From positions 58,528,001-58,592,000 of the forward strand of contig OZ024748.1 of assembly GCA_964016885.1 (NCBI GenBank): 64,000 nt of DNA, in the 5' to 3' direction. Under the pieces are notes generated by a model that was not told the DNA's origin, made no database searches, and saw only the letters and a program-made list of their open reading frames with translations. Position numbers and translations under genes: made by a program. Of this stretch, positions 26,070-39,600 are shown piece after piece (within the stretch, counting starts at the first letter, position 1; each line of letters begins with the position of its first letter). This DNA is from Eledone cirrhosa. Taxonomy: Eukaryota.

Positions 26070-28841
26070 TTGTTTTGCGAGGTTTTTGATATGAAATCGT
26101 GTGTCGAAACAAATATTGTTATACTTGGGGAGGGTCATATTTGTGTAATAATATTGCCAGAATTAATAACAGAACACACTCACTGATTGGTTGGTTTTCG
26201 CTTCTGTGTCTTTTATATCGGTTAATTTAATTTATTCGGTCCTCAATGTTGCCTTTGACTGACCAACGGTCAAAAATACAGATACAATATAGATACAAAC
26301 ACATATACACGTATATCGTCTATCAAAGTTCATTCGTTGCATATCTGCAACATCGTCAGTGGTGCTATTATGTTTCCTCTTATTGTATTGTATGCCTATG
26401 CCATCTTTATTTAGTCTGTTTATTTATTTTGTTTTGTCTTCTCTGCGCATGCGTTTGATATGTGTTCGTGTTTGGGTGACTGTGCTTTGGTTATTCTATT
26501 ATATTTTAGTTTACTAGTGTGTGTTTACATGTGTTTGTTGCTATTGTGCTCGTGTATGTATTTATTTATTTATTTATACTTCTCTTAGGTCAGTATTGTT
26601 TGTTTGGTTGTTGTTGTTATTCCATTCATTTTTTTCTGTTTAGCCTTGGCCTTCTAAGTTCTATTTCGCTGGCCTCTCTGATTTGCATATCTGCTGGGTC
26701 ATTTCTATGTTTAGATATTATTCTAATTTCTATGTTGTTTATGTTACCGTCGTGTTGTTGTCTGGCATGTTCGTATAGTACTGAACCGTTTTTTCGTCCT
26801 TTTAGTTCCCCCCAGTGTTGGTCTATCCTTTCACCTATGCTACGAGCTGTCTCGCCTATGTATGTTGTTGTCATGTTTCTGCAAGTACCCTCTGTACATC
26901 TTATGCTATAGACTACGTTTCTAGTTTTACAGTTTATCCGGGATTTACTTTACATATAATACATTTCCTATTATTACAGTGGGTTTTCTTAAAAGGGTAG
27001 GTTTTGCTGATCAGGGATTTTGTGGTGGTTCCTGGCTTTTCTACCACCTTAATCGTTAAGTGAGTCTTTCTCAGGACCTTTCTACACTGGTTAGATAATT
27101 TCCCTCCAGGGTAGCGTCCACAAACATGACACTCTGGTATCTCTAGTTGTCGTACAACGAGGTGGCTTTCCCTATCTTATGTCTAGTCCTATCTAAGCTA
27201 TTCCATGATTTGCTCCTGTATGTGAAAATTCCTTTCATCTCCAGTTCTATGAGGGTCTTATGCTGCTTCTCTGTGGCTCCATCGTATACTCTGAATCTGT
27301 CTCTTTGATTGTAGCCAGAGAACTGCATGCGGTTGATGAAGTGTTGGATGTGTCTTTCCATGTATGTTGGGTCGCACATGCGGCACACGTTCTTCATCAC
27401 CCGTACCAAGTCTGCGATCAGAATATTAAACTTAGCACTACTGGACATTGCTGAGTTTTTGAGTATCAGGTATTTGGAGGCCATGGCTTTAGCATAGTGT
27501 GAGTGGATAATTTGGGCCCTCTCCTCTATAGTGTTAATCCAGAGTTCCGTGTCTAATACAGGTAGTCTATTGTTAGGGTGTTTAGAAGGGTAATTGATAG
27601 TTACAGTTATACTCTGGTGTATGGAATTAGCTATCTGCTGGATGCTTTCCATTGTGCTACATTCTAAATCAAACTTGTTAGTACTCTCTTGTGGGGATGT
27701 CCTTATTACTATATGGATGTTGTCTACGTAACGAGAGTACAAGATGAGGTTTATGGAGCTTTAATCAAGCAGATCTTTGAGTCTCCTTTCCCACCATACC
27801 ATAAAAAGGTTGGCAACGTCACCAGCTATGCTGACGCCAATGGCTGCTCCCGCATTTTGGGTGTAGATCTTCTCGTTGAATATGTGGCCATTTAGGGTAG
27901 TTTTGATACTAGCCCCTATTGCATGTGCGACTATTTTTCTTACCTGATCATTGTTTTGGGGGGTCCATATAGCTTTGGTCCACCCAATCCACCTTCCCAT
28001 ATGAGTCATTTTTGCCATTGGGGTTATGGTGGGGGTCTACCTCTTATGGGTCTACTGGGGCAGAAACGTCTAAGGTCATGGCTGTCTAGGTAGTCAGTGT
28101 CGTAGGTAAGTCTAAGTAGGAGGCCCAGTTCATCTGTGTCGACGTCGCAGAACTCCACCTCACTCTCGATGAACATCTCCACACATTTTTCCACAGCAAA
28201 ATCAATGTTAATGGATGGGTACAGTGATACCACGTCCATACTGCCTATTATGCAGTTGGATAGGTTTTTTCTTTTGTTGCACTCACTGATTCTGCTGAGG
28301 AGGTCCTCTGTACTGTCACATACATCTGGGGACATCTTGATTATGGGGCGTATAACCTTTGAGAGGAAGTAGGAGATCCTGTAGTTGTTAGCTATATTTA
28401 CTCCGCGTACAGGTCTTGTTCGTGGTCCTGTTGTCGGGTCCTCGACTGTCTTATGGTCTTTGCGGTGTCCATACAAGGGTGGGATGCCATTGTTAGACGC
28501 CTGGAAGTTATTGGCAGTGCGTCTCCTTGTCTTTAGGTTGTGGTCCACATCATCATGTGAGCGTTGATGATTTTCTCTCTCCCATCATGTATTTGCTGTG
28601 CAATTTCGCTCGTGTTGGTGATGTGGGGTTGCATAGCCTTGATGTAGTTCGGCATGCTGTCTATTGACATCCTACCAGGCTTATCCGTGGGTAGACATAC
28701 TACCTCACCACTCCTTGTGCGCTGCTTGAGGTTAACCAAGCCTTCTACAGGTTTCCTCCCAAGTTGTTGGGCCTCTGGCCTGCTTTGTCTCTTAGTATAT
28801 ATGTCTACTATTTTTTTAATCTTATTTCTAGCTATGGTGAC
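26069..28841 (-). mobile_element. Penelope-like retroelement, RT plus GIY-YIG, 5'-truncated and frameshifted
   Basis: Motifs PTDKPGR, PPLYGHRKDHK..RPV, GSMDVVSLYPSI, YTQNAGAAIG..ANLFM, RYVDNI and YIGETARSIGERIDQH. Embedded in (TA)n. Confidence 0.93.
26322..26363 (-). ncRNA. Degenerate hammerhead in the PLE 3' terminus
   Basis: acca-CTGACGA-tgttgca-gata-tgcaac-GAAT-gaac-TT-tgat. Positionally homologous to 51380-51424. Confidence 0.55.
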
Positions 28842-28930
28842 TATATATATATATATATAAAGAAAAAAAGATGAAATTGAAAATGCAACTGGAGTCTTAT
28901 TTTTTTTAAATATATATATTTATTTGGTTC

Positions 28931-28966
28931 CTTTACCGGTTTCGCAGTTCTTCTGCTTTTCAAAAG
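28931..28966 (-). ncRNA. Minimal hammerhead, U3-A8 variant core
   Basis: ctt-TTGAAAA-gcag-aagaa-ctgc-GAAA-ccgg-TA-aag, inside a ~145-bp island between (TA)n runs. Confidence 0.65.
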
Positions 28967-29000
28967 TATAGTTGAGATGGAGGGTCTGTGGTTTTTCTCA

Positions 29001-29051
<51 letters not shown>

Positions 29052-29368
29052 TATATGTGTTTGTTAGTGTGTGTGGCGCGTACATATATATATATATATA
29101 TATATATGTATGTGGGTACGACAGAAAGAGAGAATGAGTAAAAAGGAAAGATATGCCTGTGAATTCTAGATATGTATAATACATATATATATATATGTAT
29201 ATATATACATACATATATATATACATATATATATATATGTGTGTTTATTAGTGTGTGTGACGCGTACATATATTTATATATATATATATACTATATTTAT
29301 ATATATATATATATATATATACTATATATATATATATTTATATATATATATATTTATATATATATATA

Positions 29369-29418
<50 letters not shown>

Positions 29419-30079
29419 TATATATATATATATATATACTATATATATATATATATATATATGGGGGGGGCGAGAGAAAGAGAGAGTGAGTAAAAGGGAA
29501 AGATATACCTGTGAATTCTAGATATGTATATATAAATATGTGCGTGTTGGCGTGTGCAGGCGTATGTCGCCGGGAGTTAGCGGTGCTTACTGCACAAGCC
29601 TTTATATATGATTGTAGGCTTTATATTTCCCTAGCTCAGAAACTTGACATCGATCATCTTCAGAATCCTCCATACGTTTATCGTTTTCAAACAAACCAAT
29701 AAAATTGATTTTCATGTATGCTTAATTTTTTGATGTTTTTTTTTGGTTCTTTATATCTTTCTTATTTCGATATTGTCAAAGCCATCCTTGTTGCCTTTTA
29801 ATTAATGACTTTTTGCCTATGATATGTCTCCTTTTATTTCAAGTAACCAAAGATTTGTTTACCGATGAAGCAAATGTTTTTTGCTCTTTAAGCTCTCTTC
29901 GAAATTAGATTGTAATATAGAAATTAAAATCAATTATGTTACATCATACATACAGATGTGTTCAACAGACAACCGCTCACGCACACACTTATGTATATGT
30001 GCGTATATATATGTGTGTGCTTGTGTGTGTGTGTATAGAGAGAGAGGGATAGCAGATAGGTAAATATATATATATATAC

Positions 30080-30140
<61 letters not shown>

Positions 30141-30860
30141 GAGCATAAGACATAGACACACGCACTTACATATATTCATGTACGCACAATCATAATCATA
30201 TAATTGTTTCTACTTTAGGCACAAGGCCAGCAATAACACCAGTGCATTACTGGTATAATCATAATCATATAATAACGGCATTTTTATACCCGTTGTGATA
30301 ACTATATGGTGTACTGGTTTCATTGAATACGTCAAATAAGAGCAGTGTTCTCGTTTACTTGTGAGGGTAGATTGATAAGTATTGTTAACTCTCTTGTCTT
30401 TTTTTCTAACAAAACAATAACTATTAGGCTTGGCAGAGATATGGGATGTCTTCATCCATAAGTAAATTGGTTCCCATCTAGATAGGCATAGTGACAACAA
30501 CACCTTTTGCTCGTTACTTAGTCATAGTTTTATCGGGTAAACGTATAAAAGGATGTTGAACACTAATGATTTTAGCAAGAGCATATGTGCAGCAATTGAA
30601 ATTATTCCATGTCTGAGATATGTGGTGCATTCGCACGAGATAATAGGTGTAGTTACTTCATTTCTAAGGACAATGTAACTTTTATAATAGCTGCCATACT
30701 GCTCACTTTCTTAGAATAAGACGCAACTGTAAGTTGAGATATCCAGTATTTATTTATATTGTGTATGAAATATAAACTGACCTTAATTGTAGATTCAGAT
30801 TTCTTGGAAGGTTCTTTCGTGGTGGGACATGTTTTGGGAACATTGTCTAATATAACTAAA

Positions 30861-31052
30861 CACGAGAGTAGGCGGAAAATTTCATAGGCTGACTAAATAT
30901 GGATGATGCTTGATCTGTGAATATTTCATGCATTAAGTTCAGCTCATTAATAACTGCATTGTTTCTTTCCATGTACTATGTTGAAAGCTAAACCTCATTT
31001 GGCCATTACATGAGATTATCTTGGTCAACTTATGAACTTTTCAGCTCCCGTA
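30861..31052. mobile_element. Mariner-type MITE copy
   Basis: acgag...aaaatttcataggctgac / ggtcaacttatgaacttttcag...cgta terminal inverted repeats. Confidence 0.6.
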
Positions 31053-33123
31053 CAGTGTCCAATGCTTTGTTGCGAAAATTGTTCTTGGTTCCATATCAGT
31101 GTTTCAAAAGTAAATTAGGGAGATCAAAGTAAGTATAAGTATTCCAAATTTGTGATAAATATTGAATAAGTATATAGTTATACAGTATGTCTGTCGGGAA
31201 CCCCAATCGTGAGAATATTCTGGAAAAGACAATCAGTGTCAAATTCTTTCTATATCAAGTATCCCTTACCTTTTAAATAAATGCTTAACCATAGAAAATT
31301 TTACCTTTATGCCTAGTACAAGATCAAATTTTGTTCTTGTCGTTTTATAGTGTCTAATCTTCTCCTCCTTGCCACTGATGATCTAGGTTCACCGGCCTTC
31401 AAGCCATGTCTAACCCGTCTCATCTCCTTCTCTCGCAACCACATAAAATCTACCTTTATCTTAATTTCATTTTCATCACAGAGTTTGGTTTGTAGTAATA
31501 CTCACTGTTTCTCTGGCTTGTTTCATCTCTTTTGCCCTATCAATATTTGTAATAACATGGACAATAGTTGTTTTCTTATCTTACGCAATGTGCCTCATCA
31601 CACTCGGTGAGGCAGGGTGTAAATTGAGAAGCTTTGACTGTTATTTTTGCTATTTCGAAGGACCACGCAGAGAAGGTTGAAATGTATTAATTGATTCTTG
31701 TAAATATCCAAATATTTGGTTGGAAACAAATATTAGAAGGATACGAGTGTACCCATACTGCATAGAATGTTATTTTATATAATATATCCTTTGTCCCATG
31801 TATAGTAAGAATTTATTTATGCTTTAATAAAAAGAATCCACAGACTTTTTTTGAGTGGCGTAAAAAGATAAATTGTGACAATTGTAACTCTCCCAAGTGC
31901 AATACTTTGAACATTAAGTAAAAGTATTTCCAAAATGGATAGAAACTTACTGTCCAGTGTGGTTTCCCTGAGACCTATTCCGCTAGGTTAATGTGTTCTT
32001 ATTAGCAGCAATAGAAACAAAAAAACAATTGGGAAAATAAACGATATTTGAAGCAAACTTATATAAAATAAAGAAGTAACCAAAACATAATGGCATGTAT
32101 ACTTTCAATAGGGTTATAAAATGTGTGAATGCTTCAATCCGTGGCACCAAATACGACACTTTAGATTAAATGCTATCAATATACTGGCATTTGTGATATG
32201 TTTTATTGCTACATTATATTTATGGGAGATTGGACTTAGATTTAACGAGAATATTCTGAATAGACATCTTTATGGATTGGTCTTCATTGTGAATATGTAC
32301 AATGCGTATTTAGCCTAAACTTTCATTATTTTCGTTTCGAAAATTTTATAATCGCGAAATCATATTCCAGAAATTATATTTGCAAAATTGTATACCCGGA
32401 ATATTTTTAACGTGTTTCTCTCAGTATTATATATATTGATTTCTTTATCTGAGTGGAATGCTAGTATTTTGAAGCAAGGAGAAATAGTTAACTGGTACAC
32501 ATGTGCTTATTTTATAGATAAAATAAATGCCAGTCATAATCTTGTGGTGAAGTCGTTGACAACCGGCCAATAAATATTTTGATTTTTACTCCGTGCGCGA
32601 AATAATTAAAGTATTGATTTAACAGTATGTAAACTACTAATAACTGATCCTACCATACTGATATCAAATCTGGATGTATGTATCTTTCCTTGAAATTAAG
32701 GTGATACCAAGTTTTCTTATTAATAATAAGTTTATAAGTCTGCCCTATAAATAGTATTCTCGTCACACATAATTGAAACTATGTCTAATGAAAGACAGAG
32801 GGTATTGAATGAATGGAAAGTATTTTACAATATAAAATTACAGTTCTTTATGGAAATATTTATTTCAATTTCACTTCAACCGTTTCAGGGAAATGTTGAT
32901 GGTGCCTCTTCCTACATTGTTTCACAAATACCTAAGGTGGTTATTGTTAGTGAAAATACATACAATCTATTTAGCTGTGGTTATGATTATGTCGTATATC
33001 ACGCCTAGTAGAGTAGGGTTGTGTTGAAATGTAGTTCTTCTGTGATCATCCCTTATTCTGCCTATTTGTCATGTTATCCAATGAGCTTATTTTAACGTCG
33101 AGGTAGATGATAAAAAGTATGTA

Positions 33124-33976
33124 TTGAGAAAAGCCCTGGACAAAAACCTACAGCTTGGTTTCACTCTCACAAAGCGCAAGTGTAGACGGCATGCAGCTCA
33201 GAAAATCACCGATGCTGACTATGCGGATGATTTAGCGGTCCTCGCTGACCACCTTAAGGATGCAACAGCACTACTTCACAGCATCGAATCAGTTGCAAAG
33301 GAAATCGGACTCTATGTCAACGCAGTCAAAACAGAATATATTTGCCTGGCCCTCAGTTGCTATGCGAAGTCTAAACGGCGACATAATCAAGCAAGTTGAC
33401 GACTTCAAATACTTGGGTAGCTATATCGCCTCCACAGAACATGATGTTAACATCAGACTGGGAAAAGCCTGGGGAGCATTGAACGCAATGGAAAAAAATA
33501 TGGAAAGAAATCAAACCTGCCGGCCAGACTGAAAAAGAATTTCTTCAGAGCTGCTGTGGAATCTGTGCTTGTTTATGGCTCTATCACTTGGACGCTAACG
33601 TCGAAACTGGAGAAAAAGCTAGACGGGGCATACATACGTATGCTCCGTGCTGCTTTAAACGTATCTTGGAGGGAACACCCAACAAATAAGGATCTCTATG
33701 GCAATATACCACCTATCAGCAAGTCAATACGTAAACAGAGACTCAGATTTGCTGGCCACTGTTGGCGCAGCAAGGAAGAAATAGCAGGCGATGTATTGTT
33801 ATGGAGTCCATCTCATGCTGCAAGAAACGCTGGTCGTCCCAAGAAGACATACGTCAAGTAACTTGAGGACGATACTGCATGCACTGCGGAAGAACTGGCA
33901 AACGCTATGAGAGACAGAGATGGATGGAGGAAACGTGTCGTAGAAGGCAGAGCACGCTCGACCTGATGATGATGAT
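33124..33976 (+). mobile_element. RTE-clade LINE, 5'-truncated
   Basis: DADYADDL, FKYLGSYI, ESVLVYGSITWTL, RLRFAGHCWR and GRPKKTY motifs, with frameshifts and a (TGA)n tail. Confidence 0.93.
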
Positions 33977-35019
33977 TATTTTAACAACTGTGTGTATTTT
34001 GGTCACTATTTCTAGCAGCTTCTCTCGAATCACAGAGGGTTTTCTCGTTGAGTCAGTATATTCGCTAGTTTCCATTGCTCAGACATAAGTTAACTTAATA
34101 AACAGAAATAGAATGATTCAGTCAATAGATTCGTTGAGGTTTGAATGAGTTAACAGTGGAAATTATGGAATAAGAAATTAATAACAGAGAAATGTCAGTG
34201 TAATTTCAACGGGCGAAATGACGGATAAATTTAGAAATAATAAAGTAAAGTGACAAAGAAAAAGAAACGAGGGACCCGATGAGGCATCTTTGTTTACGGG
34301 CTAAGTTATTATAGCAATACGAGATTAAATTTGATATTTGATGGCGAGAAAGAAGCTTTATTAATTCCTTTGTTGATTCCACACCTATTTTCCAAACAAG
34401 GTATTGCTATTTATATCTTGTCGACTTGAATTATATTCTTCCCGATTGATGCCAAGTGACCCATAAATATATCTCCAGAGTTAAGAAGCCTCAGTTATTT
34501 TGTAGTATTTTCATTTCATAAGCGATTCACTGAGGCGAATGTTTCTCAACTGATATATATTGATACTGCTTCGTTTATTATTTATTTCATTCACCCACAT
34601 ATTGAGGATTTCAGAAGTATATATATTTAATCACAAACTAACAATCACTGTCAAGGGAAAACTAATAGTAGTTGTGATACTACCACAATTATATTTCGAT
34701 CATCGATAGTTCAAGCCAGGATTCATTTAATATTTAATTACTATGCTGATTGTTTACACTAACAATATCATATTACTTTCTTGACTGTCTTATCTGAGCA
34801 TAGTATCTTCAATTTCTAAGGAATTTCTGAGGCACTTTTTCCTAAGCAACATATACTAATTCAGGATCATATATCCACAAATCGATCCAGTAGATCCTAG
34901 ACTTAATTCACTTTAACATTTGGAGTGAAGCTCGTCAAATAAGACAGAGGAAAGAATATTTCTATTGGTCTTTAGAATTGCTAATACTGTATGTCGGTCG
35001 AAAATCCAGGCAAAAGAAG

Positions 35020-35133
35020 CAACGTGCCATAAAATGTCTTCCTCAAGGACATAAGGCATCGCCAGGTGTAGGAATCGAAATCTCAACCTCACGATTACGA
35101 ATCCAATTATCTAACCACCCAGCCACCCGCCTT
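35020..35133 (-). mobile_element. Head of a second tRNA-derived SINE family
   Basis: Minus strand ggctgggtggttaga (A box) ... tttcgattcc (B box) ... tgtccttgag. A related fragment lies at ~7000-7090. Confidence 0.5.
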
Positions 35134-35422
35134 CATATATATATATATATATATGTGCGTGTGTGTGTGTGTGTGTGTATTTGTGTGTGTATCGACTCAA
35201 GTTGTTCCAGCTTCATCTTCAACCTACTTGCATTTATCATCGTCTTAGTATAAGTATGGCCACTGACTTCGGTCATTTTTCTTGGTGTCACACTTACTTC
35301 TGTGTATACTCTGAACCAGGAAATTTTAACTTCTCGCGCTGTTACGTGCTTTGTGATTATCTGAAACAACTCGATTAATACATGGTATATTGCGGCTACA
35401 ACTTCGATTCATACCGAATATG

Positions 35423-35465
<43 letters not shown>

Positions 35466-35509
35466 AAAAAGTATGACCCCGACGGCAGAGCTCAAGCCGT
35501 TTCGACGGC

Positions 35510-35558
<49 letters not shown>

Positions 35559-37567
35559 GTGTGTGTGTTTAAACTTTGAGTTTATAGATATATCTCTGGA
35601 CAAAATACGTACAAAAAAATCAGTTTCATAAAATATTCCTAGCTGAAATCAACAATGCGCTATACCAAAGTAATATATGTCTGTGGTTTTTCAGATTTCT
35701 ATATTTATACAATATTTATAGTGGAAAATATAAGGAAGTACATATGTGATCGCTTGAACTACTACAAGAAGAAGAGACATTTTCTTACACAAGGGCCACA
35801 TTAAACAATGTAGCCCTTGACATTCGTTGCTAATTCTTAGTTTTAAAATATACGTAATGGTAGCAAATGAAACATCGTAGGTCATAGGTCTATTGAATTG
35901 TGCTTGGCCTAGAGTTAACCAACAATTATATCAACAGTTATTTTGTAGTGTGCTGAACTAAATGGCATACAATACCTAATATGAGCCTGTCTATGTTCTG
36001 TTTTCCAAAGAGCTACGCTGTTCTCTTTGCTGTATAAATTCCTTCGGGAAATCTTAAATTATCATTCAGTTTTATAACTCAATCGATTTAATAATAAACT
36101 CCCCTTTCCTTGCCAATATATTAACATGTATATTAGAAATAAACTGATGTATTGTTGAATATAATTAATTTGATGAGAGAATGATGTGATAATAGAGAAT
36201 TTTACATGAAAAGTGCAAACTTTATGTTAGTTAATTGATAAATTGTCGAACTTCTGCGTGTATCGTATATAATAACAGAGATAACTTTGAATAATTGTGG
36301 TCTACCTTTTGTATTCTTATTGCTTAGAAATCATGAATGTTTTATTAATGTTCAGATAATTTTCAAATATTGTTCTGATGCAAAACTCTAGCACTAGTGA
36401 AAGAACTAACATATTTGTGTAAATGCCAACAATGATTACAAACGCTGACATTGTAGTTTGCTTCACAAATTCCCTTCGCAGCAACGTGCCCCCACGTTCT
36501 ATTCTACTGGGTGTCACCTTACCGCCTAATATAGCCATTTGTTTACCTCAGCCTTGTAAGTGCAATGCGTGCTAGATATATATTGCGTGAAAGCACGACT
36601 GGGAAACTTCCCTATATGGCATTAGTAAACTTCAAATACACAAACATTTTCCGGTTTAATACCACAAAATAGCATTTATACGACGTTGATGGAGCTCAGA
36701 AATCTCACACAAACCTTAATCCCCCAGACGCTGTTTCTTCGTTTTTGTTTTTTTTCAGAAAAGGCTACACTGCTGTCACCTCTTGAGCCTGGTTAGTAAA
36801 TAACAGAACTTTATTCACAGATTAAGGACATGGCTCAAGATGTTACAGCAGTGCTTTTATTACTATAATTTGTTCACCATTCTGATGCGTATGTGTATAC
36901 GGGTGCCTGGGATTATGAGCATATTCATAACTTTATATGTATGACAAGATAAATATAAACGCGCAAACACAGACACACTTACAAAAATACACACTCAGAG
37001 ACATACTTTCACACACATACACATACTTCCACACAAACACATGCATACATTCAAACAAACACACACAGACTCACTCACATTGTATGACGGACGGATGTTG
37101 CTCTAATTTATATATAGATGGGTTTGCTCGAAAAAACGTGACGCCCCACGGAAAGTGATCAATGTTGTTAACGTTACATTTCAACATTTGTAATTTGTAA
37201 AGGTGACTATTGTAATTTGATGGACACTTCCTCTTGCGAAGAAAAAGAACAATAGAAAATATACTGTTTAAGATTAGATACATTTTAAGTGTGGCTTCAG
37301 TATTATTACCAATAGCAGTAGTTGCAGTTCTCAATCGCCATCAAACTTCGCATATCTTTAAATATGACAGAATCTCAGTAACCTGGAAATATTCTTCATT
37401 TATACAAAACTAGATGCTAAAGATTATGAAACGCAAATAACAATGTCTATTTTGAAATATGGATTAAATTACACATTTCTAAAATATAATAGTATCTACT
37501 GGAAATATAAAACTGTTTCAATCAATACAAACGCAACATAATATTTTACATCTTACACCTTGTTTCT

Positions 37568-38063
37568 TGTTATGTAAGATATTGAGTAGAAAGACAGAGT
37601 TCGTCACAATCCTATTTCTCTCAGACTACTGGATGTGATACGGATATGTTCTAGTCTGGACATTCACCTGTGATATGTAGATTGCATGTGAATCAGCTGT
37701 GTTGCAGCAACGTCAACGTTGGTTGTGTGTTATATAAGATATTCAGTATGACAGAGTTTGTCACAAGCATATCTTTCTCAGACGACTGGATATGATGCGG
37801 ATATGTTCTAGTCTGCACATTCACCTGTGATATGTAGATTACATGTGAATCAGCTCCCTCTTCCGAGTGCTTGTAGCAGCAACGTAAACGTTGGTTGTGT
37901 GTTATATAAGATACTGAGTAAGACAGATTTTGTCACAATAATATCCTTCTCAGACTACTTGCTATGATATGGATACGTTCTAGCCTGAAAGTCCGCCTGT
38001 GAAATGTGGATGAAAAGTGTATTAGCTGCCTCTTTCAAATGTTCGTTGTAGGAACGTAAACGT
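37568..38063. repeat. Three-copy tandem repeat with ~160-172-bp unit
   Basis: Units start at 37568, 37728 and 37900 (tgttat.taagata...gtcacaa...tctcagac.act...gttctag.ctg...cctgtga). Confidence 0.9.
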
Positions 38064-38789
38064 CTGGATTCACCCAAGTAGTGTTAAAAAGGCAAACCAT
38101 CAACTATACAATTGTAAAACCTAGGTACATGAACTGAGGGGATGATGTGCGGTTCGAAATGGTTCAATTTACATGCTGGAGAGAACAATCAAATCTCCCA
38201 TAACTCAGGCTATGCTCTGAAGGTATTAGTGTAACATTATACAATAGATATTCTAGATACAGTATGTTGAAACGAGACACGTACACCTTAAGTCACTTCT
38301 ATCACACATTACTTGTAGTTAAACAACAACTGAATTTCTGTTCATTAATATACCGATAACAGAAACTATACTGCTCAAAATCTACATTATAATATTTATA
38401 TATATAAGGATTTTCTAGAAAAGCTATTGAAGTTTTAGTATTAGCATTAGTAACAGTGAAAAGACTTCAGATATATATTAGACCACCAGGGAATATCTGA
38501 AGAAACCATCTTTCATAACTGACTTAAATAGGAGGCTGGGCGTTTTTTTTTTTATGACGTACGGCACCTACTGTTATTCATGACTTTCTTTAGTTTAATT
38601 AAATATCTCAACTTAAATGGCTTCAGTTGGACATTGTTCCTAACGCAATGTACGTATTATGGGCAAATGGTTAACCTGTGGCTTTGAAAACATTACATCC
38701 TGGGTCAATCTCATTCTTGGAAGTAACATAAGTGACCGGAAATGTGGACTGCGCATGTAATACAAAGGTGGCCTCACGTTCTCTGCGCA

Positions 38790-39600
38790 CAGAGGGTTCT
38801 GTTGTGTTTTCAAGAACCCTGCTGATGAGATACGCCGGCAAAGCTAGTGAGATTGTGGACCGGAGGCCAAGGCCGCCATAACTGACAGGTAAAGTGGCCT
38901 GTTGCCTTGCTTGTTTTCGTGCGGCCTCCAAACCCCACAGTGGTTCCTGGCTCCATGCCCTGCCCTTCTTCTCCACTGGCACGGGGCTAGACAACCATGG
39001 CCTGCGCATCGGCGTTTCCTTGAGGCTCGGTCTCCGGATCTGCCAGCCACACCAATGTCGCTGCGGTTCCACCGTGGACTCTTTCGGCCACCACACGCTT
39101 TCCTGTCGCCTCAGTGCCGGCCGCATTCCACGCCATGCTGCCCTCAACGAGGTCATTAAGCAGGGCTTGGACGCTGCAGGCTTCCCTTCTCAGCTCCAGC
39201 CGGTGGTGCTGGATCGAGGGGACGGCAAAAGGCCAAATGGCATGACCATCTTCCCGTTCCGCAGGCAAACACCTCGTCTGGGATGCCACTTGCACCGACA
39301 CTTTCTGCAGCCGCAACCTGGTGCAGTCTGCGACTGACCCAGGTTTTGCTGCACGTCCGGCTGAGGGGGCCAAACTCCTCATATACCGGTCGCTCTCCGA
39401 CAGGTTTGCGGTCGTACCCCTGGCAGTGTATACTTCTGGTGTCCTCGGTCCCAGGGCTACCTCCTTACTCACCACGATAGGTGCTGAGCTGGCCAGCCGC
39501 AGGTGTGAGCCGCGCGAGTTGGAGTGGCTTTTCCAGCGCGTCTCCCTTGCCGTCTTCCGGGAAACGCCTTCTCCATTCTCTGCGCCGGGGCTGTGGGTGA
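38790..39600 (+). mobile_element. CRE-clade non-LTR retrotransposon 3' part (zinc knuckle plus restriction-like endonuclease) with inverted 5' segment
   Basis: GSWLHALP..LRIGVSLRLG..CRCG..GHHTLSC..RHAALN..KRPNG..LVWDATCTDT..AE..K..PLAV..G..LFQRVSLAV. Upstream motif QATLPVSYGGLGLRS lies on the minus strand at ~38790-38905. Confidence 0.85.

Noticed and set aside
29057-29527. Duplicated gagtaaaa.ggaaagatat.cctgtgaattctagatatgtata and gtgttt.ttagtgtgtgtg.cgcgtac blocks
   Set aside because: An ordinary local duplication within expanding microsatellites, with no additional structure.
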